A stretch of DNA of 64,000 bases from Oculina patagonica (Eukaryota). Shown piece by piece: positions 49,801-61,800 of this stretch. Location of the stretch: the NCBI RefSeq assembly GCF_052425735.1, contig NC_135759.1, forward strand, positions 14,074,001 through 14,138,000. Direction: 5' to 3'. The notes below the pieces were generated by a model. It did no database searches. It was given only the letters and a program-made list of their open reading frames with translations, and had not been told where the DNA came from. How positions within the stretch are numbered: the stretch's first letter is position 1; every line of letters starts with the position of its first letter. The position numbers and the translations under genes are program-made.

Positions 49801-52800
49801 GATGAGTTGAGACCAGAATCTTCCATTTCTTTCACTTGGACTGAAAGTTGCCATTGCTTTGGAGCACAAAAGTCTAAGTCACAATGTTTATGTTCAGTTT
49901 CCTTTGGAGGTTGCAATGAAGCAGGTGGCTGCTGAGTATTTGCCCAAGTAAGCCATCCATCTGCAAGTTGTTTTGCAGTAGTGTCGGCTGCTTCTTCGAG
50001 AACAGCATCATCATCCTTTGTCATGTCTCTAACATCTCCTAGAATGACATTCTCAGGGATACTTGTCTTCTTCAACTTAGATTCCACTGCCAGTGTTGTG
50101 CAGTATGTGATGTGCATGTCAGGAGTTTCTTCTGTTAGAACTGAATCTGGTGTTTCAGCAAGGTCTATGAGCTGAGCATTGTAGCACGGATCACTGCTAG
50201 GGCGTGCTGTTTCAGGTTTCACATGACTTGAGATTTGGCTGAGATCAAAGGGACCACTGAGAACCTTGACACCTGGTTGAATGTCTTTACCCTCAATCCA
50301 AAGCGGTTGACGCATTACTTGGTATCCCATTAAAGCTGCAGAAAGGGTGACACAGACCGTAACAAAATTAAGACCACGGTGAAGGGATTGTGAATGCTTG
50401 TGAACATCCAGTGGTGGTGCTCCGGTAAGAAGGCATGTAATACTGACATGAGGCTTCTGCGATGTTGATCCACTTGCACACGATGAGGAACTATTGGGTA
50501 CAGAGATGTTTGCAAAACCTTGAAGTGGATTGTCAAGCGAGCACTGGACTCGAAACTGCATACTTGGATGGCGAAAGATGATGGACGGAGCATAATGATC
50601 AACCAATGCCTGAGTCGCATGAAGGTGGTTCTCTCCAAAGAGCATTGGCCAGATGAGACCTGGAACTACGAGCATAGTAAAGACAGTTTCTGTTTCATTT
50701 TCCCATGTGATGGGGATTTGCATAGTGGCAACTGCTTTAAGATCAGACTTTGAATCTGCAGAGGTAACAGAAATGTGTTCTTCAAGGGCACAATACTTGA
50801 GGTCAGGTCGTTTGGATGCAACAAGATCAGCATGTACTTTGCTCACAAGAGATACAGAACAACAACTATCCAATGGCAAGGGCAGTGGTTCACCTGCAGA
50901 TGTAACAGAGGTCCACAGAATATTACGCTGACACAACTGAGTTTCTGGCTTTGCTGAATGTGCAGGGATGGTAACGGCAGGTAATCCAAATAATGGAGTA
51001 GATGTTGAGGGCTGATCAAATGAAGCTGGAGGTGGTGGTCGTGAAGCTGAGGTTGAGGTTTGGTTTTCAGATCCTACAGGAATAGAAGTCGAGGATTTCT
51101 CCGTACACTGAGCTTCATATTTTTCCAGACGAGTAGACAAGACTACGAGTTGCTGCCTAAGAGAATTTACCTCATCAGATGGAACAGCGCTGCGAGATGT
51201 GCTTGATGGGCGATTTTCTGAGTGTTTGATAGCTTTACAGCCCCACTTGTTACAGCGTTGGCACTTGTGTTGTCGGCCATATGAGCATTTGTTGCCGTCT
51301 TCCTCGCAATTAGATTTGGAAAATCGATTGTAATTTCTGCATATCTCCGGTTGTTTTGACGTGTCTTTGCGGTATTTTGGACAGTACCTCGACAGATGAT
51401 TTGTTTCTCCACAAGTGTAACAAGCCCTCTGCTGTCGTTGGGAGTGCTGATCTTGAGATTTCATGGAGGTTGAGGAAACAAACGCATTCGGTGGTGTAAC
51501 TTTCCATTCATCGAGCGACTGATTTGGTTTCGAGGCGGTGGGCGGAGTTTGAAATGACAACTCAACACGACGAGCCGCTTCGACTGCTTTATCGAGTGTT
51601 TCAAATTCTGATGCTTTCACAACGAGCTGCTGAGCAATACTAGGCTTGACTTTAGAAATAAACTGTGAAATAACAAAGGTAGGACAATCTTTCGCAATCT
51701 TTTCGCCAAGTTTCTCCAATTGATGCAGTAGTTTCTTGTATTTGAACGCAAACTGTTCCACTGACTCGCCACGCTCTTGTTGAATGGCGCTCAACTCGGC
51801 TGCTAATCGGCGGCACTTGTCTTCTTTTGATTCGCCGAATTCTGCACGTAATCTTTCGATGCAAATGTTAAATTGGTCTTCTACCGCTTTATCTGAGGAG
51901 AAACGTGTTCTGGCGGGAAGATGTGAGGTTTGCTGGTTGAACCGCTCCAGAAATTCCGAGATATCGTCTTGTACCACATCTCGACGAAACGAAGGAAGCT
52001 GCATCGAAGGCATACGAAGACCTTGTGTATGTTCGTGTTGAACTGGTGCTGGAACGGCTTCGGCCATGTTGCCGACTGTTTGGGTTACTTGAGTTACGTT
52101 TGTTGTTAAGTCTTTCACAACGCTGACAAGTCCAGCCACGATGCCTTGCAATTCTTCAATTGTAGCTGGCATGATGAGTTCGACGAAATTTGGGTTCTCC
52201 ACCACTTGTAAAGGGATTAGCGGGGGAATTGAGAGTAACCACTGCGAGAATGAACTGTAAACACAACTTTATATACACTTTAACTGTTAACAAGGAGATG
52301 CTGACTCGACAAGAACTGAAGAAGAAGGAGGACTCGCGTTCGCTCTACTGTTGCTCGCTCCATGTGCTATATCACGTGACTAATGTTTATCAGTCCCATA
52401 ATTCCACTACAAACACACACACTAACTCTGTATTTTAAGTCAGTGGGACCTCCATCAGCCCAGTGTTTATTGCCAATTTCTGTAGCATGAAGCAACAAAG
52501 AGTATTTCTACTCTCTCTCCTGGGTGGGATGCCAGTCAATTTCAGGGTACCCAATCTTGTTCTCAGAGCCTGCGCTCCCCTTGACCAGCAGCCGGGAAAT
52601 TCCATGGCTCTGGGCTACTCCAAAACCAGAACCAGGAAATCCTGGTTCCGTTTTGATTGTGCATGTGCACCGGAGGATGTGGTGAAACGAACAAGTTTTC
52701 AACAGCCAATCAGATTTGGCCATATCTGATTGGCCATACCTGGCGCAAACCAGAATGATCGCAGCCTCTGGGGACAAGATTTCAGGTTACCCTTCTTTCA

Positions 52801-55800
52801 TCACCTGGGTGAACTTTCTGCCTAAACATTTTTGGAGTTGATAATTTACAGTACATTGTAGTGTTAGGAATTGCTTGTAAATAACTGTTAGGCTTAAAGA
52901 TTACTAATTGACCTTTATTATTATCTGCTTGAGCAGGAAGAAGACAGTGGTGATGAATTTGGAGGAGAATACATTGAACCAAGTGAAGACCTTGAACCGC
53001 CTCAAGGTGAGTAAGTTATTGATCTGAAACAGAAAGCCTGTCATATTCATCTAGTATGATGATTCCAAGGTTTTGTGATAGAAATCGTTAAGAGTTGAAA
53101 CAATAATTTGTAACTCTCTATGACTGGAATTAAGCAAAGCGTTTGCACATTCTTTTCCATTAATTTATTTTACTGTATTTTCTCGGTTATAAGGCACACT
53201 CGGTTATAAATTGCACTCTAAACTTGGCAACTTTGTCATGGTAAGTTTCCAAACTGAAATTTTCCGAAAACACTTGGTTATAAGATGCACCACGAGTTGG
53301 GGAGTTAAAAAGATGCAGCCATCAATTTAAAGACAGTTCTCCTTACAGAATTTGCGTTTGAATGTTGCTTAATATACTCCTTGGCACAATTTTCAAGGAA
53401 AGAGGTAACATTTCTTGCTAATATAAGACGTAAATTTAGTTGAGGTAAACATTTTTCCATCGTTCATGCTTCGATCTTGGCTGCTTAGTAACCTGGCAGA
53501 TATGTAGTTAACCACTGAGTTTGTAGCTTGGTTACCACAGGGTGTTCATTAGGCATCGGGGATCGGAGAATTCTCCGGCTACAACATAGAATTCTCCAGC
53601 TAAATTTCAATGCCTTTAGCCATTTTTTTTATTCAGATGTGGAGCCGTTCAAAAAAATTATTTTTCATTTATGTAAATAATGTACGGCGTTGAAAATTGT
53701 TTATATACATCTTGCTGAAAATAGACATGTTACGGACATTAAAACCTCTTTGTCAGTAATGAGTAATTTAAACGTCTTCCGACATTGATTAAGCTCTGGC
53801 TTTATACTTAAATAATAATCATTAAATTACTAATAAAAGAAAAACTTATCGACGGTTTGTGTGGATAAATTGGTTAGCTCGAGGCGTTATTTTACGCTCG
53901 AAAGTCTTGTTTTTAATATAGAGTGAACTTAAAATAGAAGTTAATGCTTAAAATAAGACAACTGAAAAAAATCGATTTTTGTGATGTGCGCTAGTATACA
54001 AATTGGAGATGTTTACGATATCTTTAATATGAGTGTCAAATTACCGCTAAGGGAAATGCAAATTTCGGTAATTTCTGTTTTAATTATGATTTGAGAAAAG
54101 TTAACTTTTATTTATTACTGTACAGGGAACAAAGATGAAATATTTATTGATAATACTTTGTAATTCATTTCATTCAAGAAATTGTTTTTTAAACTAAACA
54201 TGCAAAGCTCATATACCATTGTCTGTTAACCAATCAAAACACAGGATTTTCAAATTATATACCCTTGCTAGTTTTTATTAATAATTATTATTTATTTGAA
54301 CCATTGATGATAATCACTTTTACTGTATAGGGTCACCAACTAAGGAAGTTCCCAATGTCCCTCTTGGTCTGGTAAGAAATCCTTTTATAGAATTCTGTTT
54401 ATTATTAAAATAATTGATAATATGCATTTATAATGGCAATATTTTTAATAAAACCCTGTAGGCACCTGGGCCGAGTTGTTTGAAAGCCTATTAACACTAA
54501 CCCAGGATTAAAAGTAGATCAAAGATCTATGTATAGACAACAATGTCTGACCATACATGAGCACTGTGACAATTTGTTGAGTAATATATCACTTGATATT
54601 CAGTGTTTAAACTGTGAATCACTCTCTTGGTGTTCAGAAATGTTGCATTAATAGTGTACATGTATTTAGTGAATACATGAAGTTATTTGTTACGGTTATT
54701 TGTTATTGTGTTAATTTATTATAATTTTTTTTTCATTTGTTTCACACTAGGTTGCTCAATTAAAGGCAGGTTTGAATGGAACTATTCCAAGAAACCCTTG
54801 GATGGGCCCTCCTGCAAATGCACACACCAAGGTTAGTTGGTATAGTCCAATTAGTTATTGCAGTTGATTTCAGTTTACTTTGGCCACCCGCTTTGCGAAG
54901 TTCGTTGAGAAATTGGAAACTTTGTTACCAAGTTGCCAATTATGTTGCGAGTTTGCAAATCAAATTGTGAACTTTGATACAAAGTTCTCAACTTCGTCCC
55001 GAATTTATTTAAACCTTCCCAACTTCGGCTGGACTGAACTTCCCAAGTTTGGTAGTTAAGGAGAAACAAGACATGTTGCTTGAAAGTCATGGCAATAAAA
55101 ATTATCTGAACTCAATGATTATAGAACTGGTCAAGGAAAGTTGAACTAGCTTAAAGTGTAAGACAATGTTTCGCATCAGCAATCACACAAGTAATTTGCA
55201 GATAAATAAATTTTATGCATGCAAAAATTTGGTCAAATTTTAACTTTTTTGTATGAAAATACATATTTAAGGTATCAGCCACCCTTCAGGACCGTCCGCG
55301 CCCGGATCGCTCCAGCGCTTTTGTTTTTAATACAAACCCCTACAAACCACACATTTTCTGAAAGCTTAATAGTTCCAGATTATGAATTATTCCTTTAAAA
55401 ATGACGAAAACTTAAAATAAACGCAAAATTGAGACGTTTTTGCGAAAGTATATGTCTGTGTAAATCAAGCTCCAGGCCCGCCGAAAATAAGCGGAAGAAA
55501 ACGATAAACATCGCGTTTGCCTCTTAACACCTTTCTCTAAAAAACCGTGTCTCAGATTTTTGACAAGTGCGTTTGTTCTTTTGTAATGCGCAGATGAAGT
55601 TAGGGGAGACGAATCATCGCCACTTCCTGTGGAAAAATATAAATTATTCGAAAACGAGAAAAGAAAACAAAAATCGCAGACACGGTTTTGGAGAAAAACT
55701 ATCTGGCAATAAGCTGGCCAAATTTCAGCCAAATCGGTTCAGGGGCTGCCGACTTGGAGTTAAAAACGTACGTTCAACTTGTCGAAATTTTCTTTCCGAG

Positions 55801-58800
55801 AAAAAAGCGAAATATATTTTTTGCGGAGTCTTACCCATAATGGGATTATAACGCCTGGAACGTCAAGGTTGATGCTTACCAGGAAGGGTCATCCTTCTCT
55901 AACAATAGATGCTTGACAGGTTACATTCAACAGGCAAAACATTTACGCGGAACGTGGCGATATATTTTTATCTTCTGACCGGATACAAATCGAGGTTTAT
56001 ACAGTTTATAGAAAATTCAAAATTTTCGCTCCACATACGGAGCCGCATTTATGTTATATAATTTGACATGCTTCGAGTTTGGTTGTGTGCTGATTCATCG
56101 AAAGCGCGACAAAGCCGCTAACAAACGGCGATTGCTGCTGAAAGTGAAGGTGAAGCCTCGAAATAACGTTCGGTCAACACAAAAGAAAACAGGCTTGCCG
56201 AAATGAGACTAGTAGTTCTAGCTGGGTAAGAGTAAATTTGATTTAAGGCTTACATATTTTCAGACAACAAATATCGTCGATTGTAAACCCTAAATGTTTC
56301 ACAAGGCAGGCCGTATCCACCGTCACTGTTGTTTTATTTCAATATTTACCGGTATGCGTGTCTGTTTCCATTGAACAGTAGCGCGTCTTCTATTCAGTGT
56401 GACCACTTTCTTGAACTTCAACCGGTTCTTCAACATGAATTTACGATCGGCTTTCATTTGTTGGCGCGGAAATCGACTGCCCGCATTCGGCGCTTTACCC
56501 CTTGTTCTTGCAAATATGTTCTTGCGTGAACAATGGATCTGGGATTTCGTGACGCGTTGACAGGACATCTCAACGGGCAATTAACATAATTAACCTTGCA
56601 AAAACTTTATCGCGCAATAACTTCGCGCAGAAATAAGATTTTTTTGTGAACTTTTTTGTAAAAGAACGCCCTTGAAGAGCTTTATCTGAACATCACAAAA
56701 TCTCAAATTTAGAAAAACTGCACCTTTTAACGGTGGCTGATACCTTAACGATTTCTGTGAGCGTAATCTTCAATTTCAAGTCTTCTGTGTTTGTAAGGCG
56801 GATGAAATTGGATGGTTTACCAATATGTAAAATTGATTTTAATCGAAGCTGGTGCGACACAACAGGGAAGACTAAGGCCTGGTTCAAACGTCGCGCTATC
56901 ATCATGTCGAACTCAATTGTATTAAAAAAATGTGCATGTATCAAGAGTCTTGACAAAGCTCTAAAGCTGGTGGAACCATTGCGAGGTTCATTTCTCTTTT
57001 TGAAACCCTTTATCTGGTTAAAGCGGCTTTCCTGTATTCAGCAACACGTGTCTGAAATTTGTTCCTTATTTCCTGTCATACTGTCTTCTTTCTCGCCTTT
57101 TGTGAAGAGTAGTAATTCAGTTTTGCTGACAATATGCTTGAACATTCTGATAATAGACCTACGTATGTAAATTGCCCATTGTAGATCATGTGATGCTCTC
57201 CAGAGAATTGTCCCTTTGACCAGCTGAATATAATCCAGTCATTTCCATGTGAATTTGTTTGAGTTTGAAAGAGATAATTCTCAAGGGTAACATCACGTGC
57301 TCTACAATGGGACAACAAACAAACGAAGCTAAAGAGGTCTATTCTGACTCAGTACTGATTTCGAGTTGCTCAGATTATAGACCTGTCTTCATCTTCATAC
57401 TCTGAATCTAAGCTTTCGTTGCCATTCAAATTGACACCGCAACGAGCACAGTTATTTCTCCAAACCATTTTTTCGACGTTTTTGCTTGTTTACAAGCTAA
57501 AAACGTAGAATAGGGGTTAGTGGACAAAATTTGGAACCACATATTTGTAAACTCTCAAGGGACTTTTTTAATTTATCAATGGACTGTTTTAATTTCTCAA
57601 GGGATTACTTTCCGCTGTGGGTGATCACTTGCGATCTCGTGAAAAAAACGTGACTTGTCACATTTACAAACGTTATATAACAATTTTAAAAGTGACATGT
57701 CAGCTTTCTTATCTCAACGCACGTGTGTCTGAAAAGCGATCTATAAAAAGCGTCGCACAAACAATGGATTGCGTAACTAAAACACGAATAAATAATCACT
57801 AGCACTTACATCGTTTAAAAATTACAAACGTCAAAAATAAACCATACCAAAAAACTCGCTCTTTTCAAAAATATTATTGAAGTTAAAACAAATGCAAGAG
57901 ATGGGGGCTTCTTTTAGCTTAGGAGCAGTTAAAAATTAGGCCAAATTTGGTCGCAACATGTAAGCGCAACTCTATTTCGTCATCAGCCTAGGTCGTTAGG
58001 GACGTGACCTCGCGTTGACAGGGAATGACAGCAATGTTGCATGAATCGGCTTTACAACATGCGATCGTATCTACGCAGTTCGAGTGGAATTTCAGTCAAA
58101 GACAGCAAAATTCTTTTGTATTTCATCTTCAAATATAATTCGAAAGCATTCACTGTATATATGGCTTTTGTTTAATCCTGGGTCTTGATATCCGACCCTC
58201 GCAGAGCCTAGACAAAACGCAGCTTGAGTGTAACGATTTGTTTACGCCCCAATTATCTGCGCAATGTTTTCTCCGACAGTAGTTGGAAATATCCATATTT
58301 TTTTTCATGCTTTTTCGTGGAGCAATCGCAACGATACGGCCTTCAACACATTGAACAGCGGTCTACCCGGCTATAACAATTCAAATATGGCGTCGCAAAA
58401 ACAAAGCGTCGAACGCATATTTTGCTGTTTCATTTGCTAATTTCGCTGCCGTAATCGACTGCCTCGAAAGGTCCTTGCAATTTTAAAGTATAGAATTGTC
58501 AGATCTCGGTGAAATTTGCACTGTTCATTTGTGTAATGTTAAGGAATATGTGTATAAATACCCGGCGCGGACGAGCCATTTTTGACAAAATTATAGGGCT
58601 GCATTTCCTCCGCGAAGATATGAAATTGTTTAGGGCTCGCTGAACTTAAAAGGTTTTGAACCTTTTATATATTCATTTAATTTATGACATTTGTTTCCAA
58701 CAGTTTTGGGTAGCAAAGCCGTTTTTGATAACATAATATTACAGAAGGTTTAAATAAATTCGGGACGAAGTTGAGAACTTTGTATCAAAGTTCGCAATTT

Positions 58801-61800
58801 GATTCGCAAACTCACAACATAATTGGCAACTTCATAACAAAGTTTCCAACTTCCTAACGAACTTCGCAAATCAGGCGGCCAAAGTAAACTGAAATCAACT
58901 GAAAGTAATATTAAACAGGTGACCCAGGATGAGTCTGGTTCATAATTAACTCATTTTTAGGCAACTTACCAACAACCTTCTTGTTAATAAATGTTTTATA
59001 TCACAAGGTGATATAATTTGTCATGATTTTACGTGTACAAAAATGTATTGTGCTCTATCTTGTTCCTTTTGATAAGGAAGTAAATTCTGATTGGACAAGC
59101 AGATCTTTGTTACCATATAAGAAGAATGGGATGATATTGCTGTGTAAAATGGGACCAATACTTTGAATACAAACTAAGAATCAATATAATTGAGCTTTAA
59201 TATTCAAAGTTTTAAAGTTGGAAATTTACAACTGTTTTGAATTAGGCACATGCTGTTTGTCAAAATTCTTTTGTTTTGGCAAAATTAATTTGAAAACTGA
59301 AAGTTGTTTATGGTGAGAGGTTACTAAAGTCATGTTGAAATTTTGTAGCTATGGGTTTCGGTTTCAGAAAGAAAATGAAGATAATATTGTAAGTTATTAG
59401 GGTTAATGTTTCATTTACATGTAGAATTGCATGTTTTGACAAGTTTGGATTCTGTTGTAACAGTATTTAGCAGTGCTGCATGAATGCCTGAAAATTTTTG
59501 TTTAAAGGCAGTGTAATTTGGAGATTTACTCTGCGTTATTTTGCTTACAGACTACACAATCACCCTTTGAAGATGAAGATGATATATATGATGAACCACC
59601 AGAAGATGAACCACCACTAGAAGACGGTATGTTATCCCTTATTATTTTATAATTCTTGTCACATTTCAAAGCAGAGGGCTTCTTGTTCCTGAAAAAGGAT
59701 CTGCCCTTGTGTCAATAAAATCAGTTGATCTTTTATGCTGTTGGCACTTGTATTTTAACAGCTTAACATGTTTTGATACTTGCTTCAAGAAGTTGTAAGT
59801 GAGGTTCGGGATGTTGTATGTGTTCAACAAGTTTGATGACTAAAATAATTCTCAAACACAAATAATAAAAAACTTTTTTATTTTGTTTAAGACAAAAATC
59901 TTACTAAAAATTCAGTTTGCTCAAGTTAACAGTTATTGAGTGACCTTACTATGTTGTGTGACTTTGATAAAATATTTGCTAATTATCCCAGACCTGTAAT
60001 ATCACTGTTGTCCTTAAAAGCTCAAGTTAAAAATTAGATTTTCTTCTCTAAATCAATTTACCGGTATTAATTTAGCGTTTGCTTGTGGTTGTTTGATCTT
60101 TACTCTCAGTGTACCAATTAAAGATGTACTTTTTTCTGCATGCAATTGCATGTAAAAATTTATTTAGAATATGCATTAATAATTGCACTGTATGTGCTCA
60201 GTATATATAATAATATGCAAAGATAATATTTAATAGATAATAAGTGAGGCTCACAGCACTATTGGGTTGATATTGCAGGCAGCTGCCTGTAATATACCTA
60301 GTTAGCCAAAGTAATTATCTATTATAAAGATAATTATTGACAGAGCCTTCTAAAACCCAATTTTTCTCTCTCTGAATTTCATTGACGACTTCAGTCACTT
60401 ACACACTGAATAGATGTGTTGGTGGGTGGCTGCAAGTTCTGTCGATATAAAAATTAATTATTGTAAAGAAAGAACAAATTGAAGGATTTTATAATTAAGA
60501 GGGTCAGTAATCAAAAGTAATCAAAATGCATTGCCGCTAAATATTGGTTGCATTTGTCTTTGACTGCTATTAACAGGCAGTTTACCAGTTTCAAACTCTC
60601 TCTTAGAGCCCTTATATATTCTCCACAGCACGTCTTGTGTTTCACAACTATCTGCTGAAGTCACCCTCATTTAATTATAGATCATAGAAATATAGATCCT
60701 TTTCAATTGATGCACCAAAGCTTTGGCATTCACTGCTTAGTACATATTTTGTAAAAGCTAAGAAGAAAACCTCTGATGTCACGTGGTTTCCAATCAGCAA
60801 CATTATTATTAGAGACAATGGTCTTTTTTTTTTTCAAGTTCAACTTAGCTACCTGTATGAAAAATGTGTTTAATGACGATGATGATGATAATGATGATAC
60901 ATGTACTTAATGTCAGTGTCAAAATGTATTTTAGCTTTATGGAATGAGACAATCTTATTGAGACACTAATCTGGATAAACACTATCTAGACTAAAGAAAT
61001 GAGTAAAGAAGTTAACGCTAACTATATATTAAGACTTCCATGCATTATTAAAGCTGCAGACACACTATATATATATGTTGTGATTGCAAATCATTTAGTA
61101 CATGTGTTTGCCTCTGTCTTAGGAATTGACAAAAAATTAAGTACTGTTTGCAACTGAAAAATCACAATTATTTTTGCTGAACATTGCCCAATGATTGCTT
61201 ATCCTTTGTTCTTTTTAGAAGTTTATGAACAACCAAGTGACGATTCTGGATCAGGTAGGGTATTATTCTTATTCACGAGACAGATAGTAATATTGATTGA
61301 ATTATCAATTGATTGTGGTTAGAAACACTTCTAGTCACTAATGCTATGGAATGCTAGACTTTTAAGGGAGACATTGAATTAATTTTGCATTTATATTTTC
61401 AGCAATTGTAGTGCACCCAATGTCTCATAAGAAAATCATAAGATGTGAGTCTGACAAAGGAGAATATATTGATGCCAGGGTAAGAGTAAAATCCTACATT
61501 CATTGCATTTCTTACAATTAAAAAAACAAACAAACAAAATTTAACTTTAGGAATTATTCAATCAAGGTCTTTATTCTTTGATCTTGTGCTCACCAGTAAA
61601 ATGGAATCTAATCTATTTCTGACAATTTATTTGGCACCATTCTTTATAGTGTAGATCCAAATAAATATTATAATTTTATTTTACATTACTAGGTAAATAT
61701 TATTTGATTTTTATAACAGAGTAATTCTTGCCATTTAGCTCTACCCAAGTTATTATAATGAATTACTTATTTACAATATGTAATATGCATGATGGCTGCA

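Larger units (their letters stand above)
41749..52411 (-). mobile_element. Ty3/Gypsy LTR retrotransposon, full length, antisense in intron 6 of the SLP-76-like gene
   Basis: 205-bp TG...CA LTRs at 41749-41953 and 52207-52411 (2 mismatches), with a 4-bp TSD AACA. PBS TGGTGGAGAA (tRNA-Ala-like) at 52204-52195. PPT AAAGAAGGGGGTGGAC next to the 3' LTR. Domain order is gag-PR-RT-RH-IN. Confidence 0.97.

Noticed and set aside
41771-52438. Twin plus-strand ORFs MRVTTARMNC... (41771, 52190) and other short ORFs overlapping pol
   Set aside because: They are by-products of the two LTR copies and of alternative frames of pol.
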